A stretch of DNA of 64,000 nucleotides, taken from the human T2T-CHM13v2.0 reference genome, Homo sapiens. The notes below the pieces were generated by a model. The model searched no databases and had not been told where the DNA came from. It saw only the letters and a list, made by a program, of their open reading frames with translations. A program made the position numbers and the translations under genes. Where the stretch lies: the NCBI RefSeq assembly GCF_009914755.1, contig NC_060927.1; one strand, written 5' to 3'. Positions 12,597-25,617 of the stretch are shown piece after piece; the first letter of the stretch is position 1; every line of letters starts with the position of its first letter.

Positions 12597-15191
12597 TTAT
12601 GAACAGAGAGAATTGATATCCTCGGAGTTCAAGGAATGGTCATTTTTCCTGGCTTAGGTAGCCAACTCCACCCACTCTGTAAGATTTCTTTAATGTCTTC
12701 TCAGCTTATCAGTAAGGTATGCATCCATTGAACTTTAAAAAATAAAATTTGTTAATAATACTTGGCTGATTATTTGAACCTTCTAACTTTTTCAGTTCAA
12801 ACTTTTCTGAGGCCATACTGTATTTTTGTCTATAGAGAGCTTTTTTTTTGGGGTGGGGGCACCTAAGAGATTTGTGGGTCACTTTGGCCGGGAAGCAGAC
12901 TAAGTCTAAATGGAGTATTGTGTGTCAACAAGTCAGTTAAATGTAAAAAAATGAAAGTATTTATTGTAGCAGAGTAAGCCACAATGCGTGTAATCTGTGA
13001 GTATATAATCAAGAATTGATTGCAATTCTCATTTCAAATAACATGTACTCTGTGCTAATTATAGACAGATGTATATTTCTGAATATTTGTGGGATTTCTA
13101 GCTAATGTGAGAGAAGTGGTGGTTCTCATTTATGGGGGGGCTGCAAATGCTTTAGGGGTTAATTAGGCACATTCTCTGCCCCAGGTTCATTTTGATATCT
13201 GCCTTTTGTGGAAACAACAGAACTAAATTTCCAGGAGTCCACAGTGTTATAAAAAAAAGCAGTGACATTGAACTTCCTAATTTGTAAATACTCTTTTCTT
13301 TGCAGTGTTGGCTATGTTTGTTTTGGTGAAGAATGCCTTGTTCCACTCTCATAGATTTAACTACCATTTCTAAGTTATAAATTCTCTCAAAAGGCATTTC
13401 ACTGTGTACCAGAATGTTCACATCTTCTCTCCTTCTAGACCTTGAGACTTGGCAGAGTCTCAAAATTACCATATCAGATAGGAAATTCATTCTCTTTCCT
13501 CCAGATCAGAAAATGCCTTTAATTTGTATATATTAGTAATCTCTCTAAGAAGTTCTCTCAACCAAAATATGTTACTGGTCTCAGGAAGTTGGGAACCAAT
13601 GACTTCACAGGTGAGAGGTTTGTGTTATATTCAGAGTGGTTTAGTCTATCATTATGCCATATGCTCTCCATCTAGGACTACAGCAGAAGTATTCCCAGAG
13701 TCACCTAAGCCAGAAAGCTGGAAGTCACCTAATCTACATCTCTGCTCTTACTACCATCTATCAAACCAGCTACCCAAATTGGTCCATCCTGCCTCCTTGA
13801 CTTTCTTTCTCTCCATCCTCTCTGTTCTTGCCTTATCCTAGGCCCTCATTAGCTCTAAGAGTCAGGAAAATCCTCTCTCTAACTATAGGCTTGTGTTTTT
13901 ATGATCCAATCTCCAGACCAGCAGTCTCCAAATTAAAGAATATTTCAACAGACCAAAGTCCACATATTTAATGATACTATACCCCTAAAAAAAAAAAACT
14001 TCACAAACTCATGTAATGCTGCACAGGTACTATCTCCACTTAGTCCTCTTTGAGTCTATTTGATACATAATCAAATCTGCTGAGCAAGTGTTGTTGATTT
14101 ATTTTGTATACATACTGAACAATGAATGGGGTGGGGTTGGGGGAGAGAGGTGGTATGCAGTGGTTGAGAGTTTGCTGCCAAATGAATGATGGGAGCATTC
14201 ACATATTGAGCTGGCTTAAGAGAAGTAGCCCTGCATTGTCCCGCTTCCTTTCTGGAAGGTGGCAGTTTGGTGAGAAAGACTTGTATCAAGCAAGCTACCC
14301 TTATTTGTAGACTCTGGGATTCTTTTCCTGATAAGGCTAATTTCCTGAGTCAAACTATCATGGGGCATTCTATTATACAGTTATATTATAAAGTCAGATT
14401 ACTTATCATCTTTACCATAAAAATATAGTGTTACAGATTGTTTATATGTAAAATTCTGTATAATAATTCTTATGCACAGTGAAACTTGAGAACTGCCAAA
14501 TTAGACTTAAAGAATGAATTAAAAGAATTATAAGTGCAGAATGCTTATGGGTATTTAAACCATTGCTCCCTTAAGATTACTGTCATATTTTTGAAGGTGA
14601 AAGTGGGATGTGTAGTGAATTTGAAAATGTCCCTCCTAGCTTGCATGGCTAACTCCATTTTATCTAACATTTATAACCAATTAACTTACTAAAAGGTAAA
14701 GAATTTGGATTTTGTGTTGTGAAAGAGACAGTCATAATGCCGTTTAACTGTTATTAAGTTGGGAGTGCTGTATTTTTATAGGCGCCAAGCAGAATTGCTG
14801 CAACTCCTTTCATACAAGCCCATGAAACACATCCTTGGACAGAAAGAAACAGTTCTCTTGACAATACAAAGGACAGGTAGTCACTTCAAACATTCTTTTT
14901 TCTAAAGCCAGTAATAATATTACACCTACTAACTCATTAGATTTTTTGGAACAAAATTGAGGCATAAGAAAACAATAAAGAATTAAAATCCACACATTTT
15001 AAATTTTTTTTGGACTGCTACTTGTAGTATCCTTCAGTTTAGACAGAAGGTTAAGAGTTTTATTAAAAGACTTGTGTCAAACATGGGACTGAGCTGGGGA
15101 TAGCTGTCTCAGAGAAGTGTAAGCCACCAATGCGAATTCCACAATAAACATATGAACAGTTTGGTCTAGGTTTTCTGCTGTCTTATATATA

Positions 15192-16438
15192 CAAGGGGAC
15201 TTCAAAAATTTTGTGGAAAATGAAAGTAAAAACGTTATTTCTCAGCATAAGCTCTATCAAGTTCAAAACACTTTTGTAAGTAATGATACCAGCCACCCTA
15301 GTTCTTTAGTCCATCCCTAAAGAAATAGGAATTGAGCCTTTGAAATAGGAATGTAGTCTTTTTTAGATTGTTAACTAAAGAAAAATGGTGGCCTTTAAAG
15401 AATTTTTAAGATTAAGAAACAAAAAAGATGTCAGAAGGATCTAAGTCAGGACTGTAAGGTAGATGCCTCATGATTTTCCATCAAAACTCTTACAAAATTG
15501 CCTGTACTTGATGAAAGGAATGAGCCAGGAACGTTGTTGTGGTGGAGAAAGACTCCCTGGTAAAGCTTTCCAAGGTGTTTTTCTGTAAAGCTTTGGCTAA
15601 CTTTCTTAAAACACTCTCATAATAAGCAAATGTTATTTTTTGGCTCTGCAGAAAGTCAACAAGCAAAATGGCTTGAGCATCGCAAAAAAACATTGGTACT
15701 GCCTTTGCTCTTGATCAGTTCTCTTCACTTTGGCTGGGTTACTTTCGTCTCTCGGTAGCCATTGCTTTTCTCTTGTTACTCTTCAAAGAAATGCTTCAGA
15801 ACTTGATTCCACTTGTTTAAAATATCCATTGAAAGCTCTGCTCCTATCTGCAGGTGATCCATCTGGTTTCAATAGTTTTGGCACCCATTGAGTGGAAACT
15901 TTGCTCCACTTTAATATTAATTTCAGTCGGAATTGTGTAAGCTGAAGTAATTGAGATTTCTATGATGTTGGCAATTGTTTTTGCTTTTAATTGTTGGTCA
16001 TCCCCATTAGGACATGTACAAGATGATTTTTTCCTCACAAGTTGATGTGGATGGCCTGCTGCTGCAAGCTTCATCTTCATCGCTGTGTCATCCCTTCTTA
16101 AAATGAATTATCCATTTGTAAACTGCTGATTTCTTCAGGGCATTGTTCTCATAAACTTTTTGTAAAGGATCAGTGGTTTTACTATTCTTCCACCTAAGCC
16201 TCATCATAAATTTGATATTTGTTCTTGTTTTAGTTTTAGCAGAATTCATGTTGCTATGAGAGGGCTTTTTTCAAACTGAGGTCTTATCCTGAGTGCCTCA
16301 AGCTACATCTGTTCAGATATGTTATAGTAAGTTAGCACAAGTTTATTTTGTAGCAAAAAAACCCATGAAATACACAGAGATTTCTCGTGAAATTCACAGT
16401 TCAAGTGAATTTTTCATGAATGTTTTCAAGACCCCTCA
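15192..16438 (-). mobile_element. HSMAR2 mariner DNA transposon, near full length
   Basis: TIRs caaggggacttcaaaaattttgtggaaaa and ttttcatgaatgttttcaagacccctca, TA target sites on both sides; mariner transposase peptides in the ORF track (AILLVDFLQSQKITFAYYESVLRKLAKAL). Confidence 0.92.
15235..16249 (-). pseudogene. Disrupted HSMAR2 transposase ORF
   Basis: ATG at 16249 (MNSAK...), C-terminus ...LDRAYAEK* ending at 15235; broken by frameshifts and stops. Confidence 0.8.
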
Positions 16439-17844
16439 TATTTCTATTTCATTTTGAAAGTTTTCTTGTAAAGATTCTGACATGTTACATGATTTTTTTC
16501 ATGTAGTTTGAACCAGTCAGGCTACCTCATAACTAATACCAACAGAACGGTTAATGAACTTTGTAAACCTAAAGGAAAACACACTAAAGCTTGTATTTCT
16601 TCTGAGAGACAGCAGTTGCTTCGATGCCATATCTTTTTGTAAAGCAGAATTCAATTCCTTTTTTGGGTGTTACTAAAGTTACTCCTCATCCTTAATCAAG
16701 ACCACTTAGTTAAAAAAAAAAATACAGTGACTCTGATGACAGAAGGGGGTGAAAAAGTCAAATAGCAAATTTAGTTGAATACATTAAAGTTTCTAATCAA
16801 ATTTGATCCCTGTGAAGGAAAAAAGAACAACTCTTTATAAATGTCCTTAATGTGTTTATTCTCGAGCTATTTTTGTGTCTTAGGGAATTGTTTTATTTTC
16901 TATTGTGCTTATTGTTGAACATTTATATATGGATTTAAGAAAAATCCTAAAACACATCATTGGTAAAAATAAAGTAAGCTAGACTGACAGTACAATATCT
17001 GAATGTGAGCTAAAATATTGAGAATTTCAGGTTAATGTCACCAATGTCTCCAAACCAGTGAGTCACATGAAGGAGCCCTGCTAAGAGTGCTCTCAGGGTC
17101 ATTAGAGAATTGTGGCACGCTTGCTCTCTGACAGACCCTTTCTCTTCTGGTTCTCTTTTTCTCGGAGATCTATTTTATAAAACTTTCCTGAGTCCCTCAG
17201 GCATATTAGGCATTTTTCGTCTTTTATCTAAATTGCAGCATACAAGTTTTCCCTATGTTCACATGTTTCCCATGGTGTGCTTGGTTCTTACTCTGTTGTA
17301 AAATTTATTCCATTTCACCATCTCTTTTACCTGCCTCTGTCTCTCCTATTCAACTCTGAATTCCACAAGAGGATGATTCTCATCCATATCTCTTACAGTA
17401 GCTGTCATACATCATACTGCATGTGCATTTGAGCATGTTAAATGAAAGGGTGACCTTTGAAATTTTTTAGAAGTCTCCATCTGAATTTTTACCTCAGCTT
17501 AATTGAAATATATGTGGCTATGTAGTTTGTGTAGTTAAGTAACATTATGTACAATCTTTAGTTCTGATAGCCTTGAGCTCTTGCTACCATGAGTCATGAC
17601 TGAAAAAAGTAGGGTTTTAACTACTTTGGACATAAGTTATGCAGAGAGATTTTGGCATAATTTATTTCTTCCTTGATAGCTTCAATGTATTTATTGGTAT
17701 CAGGCATTGTGCTGGACATGGAGATGACCAATGCATCAAGTAACATACTGTCCATACAGCATATCAGTTAAGAGCAAGAACTCAAAAGTGAAATAGCTTT
17801 GATTTGACTAGCCTCTTTGGCATGAGCATATTACTTTATTGTGT

Positions 17845-18149
17845 TTCATTTTATTTATTTTTAGGAGACAGGGTCTTGCTCTGTCACTCAGGCTGGAGTT
17901 CAGTGGCATTTTCATAGCCCACTATAGGATCAAACTCCTGGGCTCAAGTGATCCTCCCGCCTCCTCCTGAGTCACTGGAACTACAGATGTACTCCACCAT
18001 GCCCAGCTAATTTTTGTTTGTTTGTTTTCTGTAGAGATGGAGTCTCCGTATGTTGCCCAGGTTAATATCCAACTCTTTGCCATGAGCAATCTTCCTGCCT
18101 CAGCCTCCCAAGGTTCTGGGATTATAGGCATGAGCCACTGGGACCAGAC
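17845..18149 (-). mobile_element. AluJ
   Basis: gagacagggtcttgctctgtc...tcatagcccact...ctcctgggctcaagtgatcctcc (J-type diagnostics). Confidence 0.9.
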
Positions 18150-19106
18150 TATTTTGTTTTATTATGTTATTTCCTCATTGTAGAAATATAGGGAAATATA
18201 GGAATCATTTATAAGTCTATACTGCAAATAAAATGTAACTATTCATATTTTAGAGTATGCCCATCTTTTTTCAACAATAAGTACATATCGATTCCAAAAT
18301 TGGGACATGTGTATACTTTTGTATATTGATATTTTTCTTATTAGACATCCCTATACTACTCCTTCATATTATTATATTGACTTAAAATATTTTGATAGTT
18401 ATCTCTTTTTCTTATCACTGGAAGTCCAGATTATTTTAATTTTTTGTTTTTATAGTGCTATAAAAAATGCTTGCCTATTTTTACCTTGCCATGTTTGTGA
18501 TTAATTATTTAGAATGGATTACTGGGTGACAAACTTTTGCCACAGGACTTGAACATAAGAGAAAAAGAACCTATCAAGGTTACTGAAATCTCCCATTAGT
18601 CTAAAACATTTCGAGTCTTTCTTCATGAAGGATCATAACAAGTGAAAATAATAATTGTTTTATCATGTTTATCATTGTTTGTTGCATCTGATAACTTTGC
18701 CTAGGAAATCTAATATTGAAACTATTAAAGAATATGGTGAGCAGGGCCCACCATATTCTACCTTCAAATTTTATGATGAATCCTCTTGTTTTTCATCAAT
18801 CAATATAATACTAACTACTTGTTCCAAAAGATTATATTTGTTAGGTTAGAGAATTTTAACTTATTTATATAATGGAGATTTTCTAATACTGAGAATACCT
18901 TAATTCTTATTGTAAGCCTACTTAACAGTGACAAAATGTTATTATAACGTGGTATTGAAATTAATATGATAGTATTTTATATGGATATTTGCATATGCAA
19001 TTGACATATATTGTATATACAATATATAACTGTGTATTATATATTATATTTATATAATGTTATATTGTATATGAATATATTTGAATTATATGTATATACA
19101 TATATA

Positions 19107-21762
19107 TAGGCATTCATCAGAAATATTGCAGGTTTGGTTTCAGACGACTATAATAAAGTGAATATTGCAATAAAGCGAATCACAAGAAATTATTGTTTTT
19201 TTCAATGCATATCAAAACAATGTTTACAATATACTACAGCCTAAGTGTGCAATAGCATTATGTGTAGAAATGCACATACCATAATTAGTTTTTTTTTTGA
19301 AAAAACTGTTAATGATTATCTGAGCCTTCAGTGAGTTGTAATCTTTTCATGGTGGAGGATCATACCTCTACGTTGATGTCAGCTGACTGATCAGGGTAGT
19401 AGTTGCTGAAGGCTTGGGTGGCTGTGGCAATTTCTTAAAATAGGATAACAATGGCATTTACCACATTAATTGACTCCTTCTTTCACAAAAGATTTCTCTG
19501 TCTCATGCAATGCTGTTTGACAGCATTTTCCCCACAGTAGAATTTCTTTAAAAATTGGAGTCAATCCCCTCAAACCTGCCTCTGCTTTGCCAACTAAGTT
19601 TACATAATATTCTAAATTCTCTGTTGTCATTTCAACAATGTGCACAGCATTTTCACCATGAATAGACCACTCTCTTTGCTCATCCATAAGAGACAACTTC
19701 TCATGCATTAAATGTGTATCATGAGGTTGCAGCAATTCAGTCACATCTTCAGGCTTCACTTCTAACTCTAGTTTTCTTGGTATTTCTGCTGCATCTGCAG
19801 TTATTTCCTCCACTGCAGTCTTGAAATCAACTTCTTCCAAACTCCTGTCCATGTTGATATTTTTACCTCCTCCCATGAATCACAAATGTCCTTAATGACA
19901 TCTAGAAAGGTGAATTCTTTTCAGGAGGGTTTCAGTTTACTTTGCCCAGATCCATTAAAGGAATCATTATTTATGGCAACTATAGCCTTATGAAACATAT
20001 TATTAAATAATAAGGCCTGAAAGTAAAATTATTCCTTGACCTATGTCTGCAGAATGGATGTTGTGTTAGCAGGTGTGAAAACAACGTTAATATCCTTGTA
20101 CATCTTTGTTAGAGTTCTTGGATGACCAAGAGCATTATCAATAAGCTGTAATATTGAAGGATGTCTTTTTTGCTGAGCAGAATGTCTCAAGAGTGGGGTT
20201 AAAATATTCAGTAAATTATGCTGTAAACAGATATACCATCATCCAGGCTTTGTTGATCCATTTACAGGGCACGGGAAGAGAATATTTGCATACTTTTTAA
20301 GGGCCCTAGGGTCTTTGAAATGGTCAGTGAGCACTGAATTCAACTTAAAGTCACCAGCTGCATTAGCCCCTACAAAGAAATGCCTGGGGCCTGGCTGGGA
20401 CTGCCCCTGCAGGACACTGGAACCATGCCACAGAGGGGACAGTGAACAAAACCAATTCAAAGCCAAGCTAGGACTGGCCATGGACCCAGCCTCCTGGGCT
20501 GTGTACTCACGGAGCTGCATAGTCTCCTTAGAAACAGTCAAAGCTTTGCCAAGAAAAGAAATGTATAAACCATATTTGACAACATACAGTCTACATATTT
20601 TTTTTTACCACGGGAAAAAATAGAGCTGAAGCTTTGAAGCCAGACGTTGACTTTTCTCTATCTATGAAAGTACTAGATGGAATCTTCTTCCAGTACGAGG
20701 CTGTTTTGTCTCCATTGAAAAGCTGTTGTTTAGTGTGAACATCTTCATCATTTTCTTAGCTAGAGTTGCTAGATAACTTACAGCAGCTTCTACATCAGCA
20801 CTTGCTGCTTCACCTTGCGTTTTTATGTTATGGAGATGGCTTCTTTCCTTCAACCTCATGAGCTAATTTCTGCTGGCTTCCCATTTTTTTTTTTTCTGTA
20901 GCTTCCTCATCTCTTTCAGCTTTTATAGAATTGAAGAGAGGGCCTTGCTCTGGATGAGGCTTTGGCTTAAGGAAATGTTGTGGCTTGTTTGATTTTCTAT
21001 CCAGACCAATAAAACTTTCTCCATATTAGCAATAAGACTGCTTGTCTTTCTTAACATTCATTTGTTCACTGGAGTAGCACTTTAAATTTTCTTCAAGAAC
21101 TTTTCCTTTGTAGTCACAACTCAATTAGCTGTTTGGTGCGAGTAGCCTAGCTTTTAGCCTCCCTTGGCTGTTGATTGCCTGCCTTACTGAGCTTAATCAT
21201 TTTTAGCTTTTGATTTAAAGTGGGAGACATGCATCTCTTCCTTTCCCTTGAACACATAGAGACCATTATAGGGTTATTAATGGGCCTAATTTCAATATTG
21301 TTGTATCTCAGAGAATAGGAAGGCTGGAGGAGGAGAGAGAATGGGAAACAGCCAGAAGCTAGCAGAAATTAGCTCATGAGGTTGAAGGAAAGAAGCCATC
21401 TCCATAATATAAAAATGCAAGGTGAAGCAGCAAGTTTTCAGTGGAATAGTTAGAACACAATTCATTCATCAAGTTTGCTGTCTTATAGGGAGTGGTTTGG
21501 GGCATTCCCAAACCATTACAATAGTAACATCAATGATCACTGATTGCAGATCACCACAACAGATACAATAATAATAAACATATTTGAAATACTGTAAGAA
21601 TTCCCAAAATGTGGCAAGAGACACAAAATAAGCACATACTATTGAAAAAAAATAGAGCCAATAGACTTGTTGGACACAATGTTACCACAACCTTCAATGT
21701 GTGAAAAGCACAATATCTGCAAAGAGCAATAAAATTATGGACAATAAAATGAGACATACCTG
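19107..21762 (-). mobile_element. Tigger1 DNA transposon, full length, decayed, with two internal insertions
   Basis: Termini (c)aggcattcatcagaaatattgcaggtttggtttcagac and aataaaatgagacatacctg, TA flanks; pogo-like transposase fragments in the ORF track ([25 protein letters not shown]; LELEVKPEDVTELLQ). Confidence 0.95.
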
Positions 21763-22473
21763 TACATATTTTTGGTTTGGTTTTGGTATCCTTTTTATAT
21801 TTTTAATATGAATTGTGAATTTTTTAAAGAGTCCCAATACATGGGACAGGGATAATCCCATTACAGTTTGAAAGGCCAGTTTCTTGAATCGTAGGCTTTA
21901 ATATGTTCATTTTGCTGCCATGTTCAGCTCATGTTCAGCTCATTTTCTTATTCTCAGGCCAGTTCTTTCATCCTCATCATCGTCTAATTTACGGTTCTTT
22001 GATTTAGCCGTTGTATTCTAATTTCACAGCCTTTTTCTATTTTCTTTCCCATTTCTCTACAACGAATTACCTCAACCTCTAAATAAATCCTCATTTAGCC
22101 TAACTATCCAGCTACCTAACTCCGAAATTCAGGCAGTTGAGATTCAATGATAGCCCCGTTCAGCTATAATTTCCAGTTAAATTTCAGATGGATCCTCAAG
22201 GCTAAATCACATATAAAAAAAAAATCCCAGCATAATATACATGAGAATACACTAGAGCATAAATTCAAGGATGACATTCATTTTTGACTCTTGTTTTAAG
22301 GAAATCTTGTTTGAATAAATAAATATAATTCCTCAACCTCGACTGCCTTAGCTGACTTCCCTCTATAAAATTCTTCTGATTTCTCATTTGAAGCTTTAAG
22401 TTGGCCTGACATGTGCACTTATTAAGTCCTAAATCTCACTGGTCATTGTGCCCCTTCACAAATTACACTTGAG

Positions 22474-22778
22474 TTTTTGTTTGTTTGTTTGTTTGTTTTT
22501 AAGACAGAGTCTCACTCCATGGCCCAGGCTGGAGTGCAGTGGCGTGATCTTGGCTCACTGGTCTGCCTCCCAGGTTCAAGTGATTCTCCCACCTCAGCCT
22601 CTCAAGTAGCTTGGATTACAGGTCTGTGCCACCACGCCCGGTTAATTTTTTTATTTTTAGTAGAGATGAGATTTCACCATGTTGACCAGGCTGATCTCGA
22701 ACTCCTGACCTCATGTGATCCACCTGCCTCAGCCATCTAAAGTGCTGGGATTACAGGAGTAAGCCACTGTACCTGGGG
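22474..22778 (-). mobile_element. AluS (Sx/Sz-like)
   Basis: Alu dimer with (TTTG)n tail; TSD ttacacttga on both sides. Confidence 0.93.
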
Positions 22779-25326
22779 TTACACTTGAATTTTATTGAAT
22801 TGATTGGAATTTTCTGAATCACTCAGTTTGCTCACATCTCTGTTGTTTGCTGAAATAGTTTGCTCTCCCTGAGCTAACCTTGGTGCTATTGTTTGGACTA
22901 TTCAGCTCCTCTTCCTTTTCTAAACCCAGAAGAGGAACCAGCCGTTCTGTTAAGCCTTCCCTTGACCATGTCCCTAGACAATGTCCCTCTGGATTAAATT
23001 TATCTTCTTCGGTGTCCATGTTATCTTGTGCATCCTTCTATTATAGTATTTATGCTGTCATATCATGCACGTCATGCATGCATGCTTACTTCTCTGCCCT
23101 TCCTCTAATTTGAAAACTCCTAAAAAATAGAAACCTCAAAGATGGAAATCCCTCAAAGACAGGAACTTCAGTTATAAGTTAGCACCTATTTGTCTCCTTC
23201 ACTTTACAGCATTCTTCTCCTTTTATTATAGTATTTAGATTTTTTACCTAAAGATAATTAAATTTCTGAACAAGTTGACTTTCTTTACATATTTTATTTG
23301 AAATCTAAAAATTAAAATATTGCTTAATAACAGTAGATTTGTGTTCTAAAGGAAACAATAGGTTGGAATGCATAATTTGTTAGGATTTCTGTTCACTTTT
23401 TGCTGGTTTACCTAGAATTGCTACTCTGCATCAGTGTGTAAGGTAATCATTCCTGGTGCACTGGGAGTCCGTTAACAGAGGCTCCAAATCTCTTGGAAGC
23501 GCTGGTAGTGGCTGTGGGCCCTGCTCGTTCAGTGTGAACAGTTTTAGGCAAAAGTAGATGATCCAGTCAACCTTGGACTAACTCATGCTGTTATTCTGTT
23601 TCCTTTGTCTATTTTTATATTGCCAATCTACTCATTAACTGCTGAAAGAAAGAAACCTAGGGAGAAAGAAATGCAAGTTAGAGTGAGGTAAGTTCACTGT
23701 TCCTGGATAAGAAATTATTACAATGGCATTTAGAGTAAACCTATGTCATTTCAATGTCAAACCCTTAAACTAGTATACATGATACCTCTACCCTTATTTC
23801 AAATAAGAGTACATAATCTCTTTTACCTACCACATATTGAACTTCAGAAGTCATATTCTTAGAGGTGACGATATTGTTGAAAGAATGTTTTTTATCCTAT
23901 ATTTTCGTCTGTTTATTTTTCCTCTGTCTAATCCATTTTCTCTTTTGTCAATTATGCCTGACTTTTTCTTCGTTTATTCTCTTTTCTGTTAATCTCTAGT
24001 TTCATTGGATTGTCATTGTCAGTTCTTCTTAGGTATCAGTATTTTCTCTCTGTATTCCAAATGATAGAAAATGGAGTTTGGGGGCTACAACTTTGTTTAT
24101 TCCATTTAGGTCTCATCATCCCTTACAAATCCACATATCCTCATAAAATGGACCTGTATTCCTTTATTTTTGCAGTACCTTGAGAGGTTAATTATACTAA
24201 ACAACACCCTTCAAGATTAACACAAGCATCTTAACTAAAAACGTAGTAGTATTATCATTATAATCTTAATGTTGTCTTCTTAATGTCTTATAAAATATAA
24301 TTATGATAAATAAAATATAAGTGTAATGCAATGTAAAAATTGTGGAATCCTTAAGTGATCAGAAGAATAATAACCTGCCTTAATGGAAATTGTGAATATT
24401 GATTGCCTATCTAGTATTGCTAAGCACTGAGATATACAAATGTGTATAAATTTGTGTCTTTGTTTTCAAGGAGTTTATATAGATTATTTATTTTCATTGA
24501 TTTCCTAACTTTTAAAAGGTGCACTTAATGATTCCCTGTAGTACTATCTAAAATTAAGGTGCATAATCCATTCTCTTTAAAACTTGAACAGTTCCTGAGA
24601 AGGTAGCATGTGATCGACTATATGATGTATGCTGCTAGAAGAAATTCAAAAAACATAAATTTTCTTTCTAGAAGATACCTTAGAAAGTATCTTCAAGATT
24701 CTGCTGTTCCTCTGGTTCATTTCTTCTTCCCACTTTATTGATGAGAAAACTGTGGCTCACAGTAAATACACAGGTTGCTTACCATCAGCCAACTGGATAA
24801 TCAAAGAAGTGTCTTAAATCTGCCTGGAGTGCCCTTTCAAACACAAGCTATGAAAATTGGCAGATGAATTTCCAGCACCCACTGACAACAATAACGGAGG
24901 CACAACATTTTGTATATAACTGTGATATGAAGGGTAGCATGCGTGGGGCTTTAAGCAACAGGAAGAACTTCTATGTCTTTGCCGTATGAGAATCTATCAA
25001 TAAGGTCATCCTAGTTCCTTGCCTAATGTAAGGCCCTTGATCATGTACTTCAATAGGAGAAAAATAAACCTTCCTCTCAAAATATGAAAGCTTTTTATCC
25101 AGGTATAGAAAATATACAATACAGGAAATAATGTATCTCTCTGCCACTGAATCTGACTTTATTGCATTACAGGTGGTCATAATCATTGATAATAATAAAT
25201 AATCATTGATAATAAATCATAATTTATTGATGTACAGTGGATTTTGTTTGACTAAAGCTAGTAATCTCCTAAATAATGACTTTCTGCCTCTTACCAGATT
25301 AGATAGTTTCGTTATTGTTAAGGATT

Positions 25327-25617
25327 CTTCTTTTTTTGAGACGGAGCCTCACTCTGTCACCCAGGCTGGAGTGCAGTGGCATGAACTCAGCTCACTGCAA
25401 CTCCAGCTCCTGGGTTCATGTCATTCTCCTGCCTCAGCCTCCCGAGTAGCTGGGACTACAGGCGCCCGCCACCATGCGTGGCTAATTTTTTGTATTTTTA
25501 GTAGAGATGGGGTTTTACCATGTTAGCCAGGATGGTCTCGATCTCCTGACCTCATGATCCACTCGGCTCAGCCTCCCAACGTGCTGGGATTACAGGCGTG
25601 AGCCACTATGCCTGGCC
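25327..25617 (-). mobile_element. AluY/Sc-like
   Basis: gggttcatgtcattctcctgcc and ttagccaggatggtctcgatctcctgacctcatgatcc; TSD at(t/c)gttaaggatt. Confidence 0.93.

Noticed and set aside
19466-20859. Transposase-like ORFs as a domesticated TIGD-type gene
   Set aside because: Fragmented by stops, deletions and an insertion; an ordinary Tigger1 fossil.
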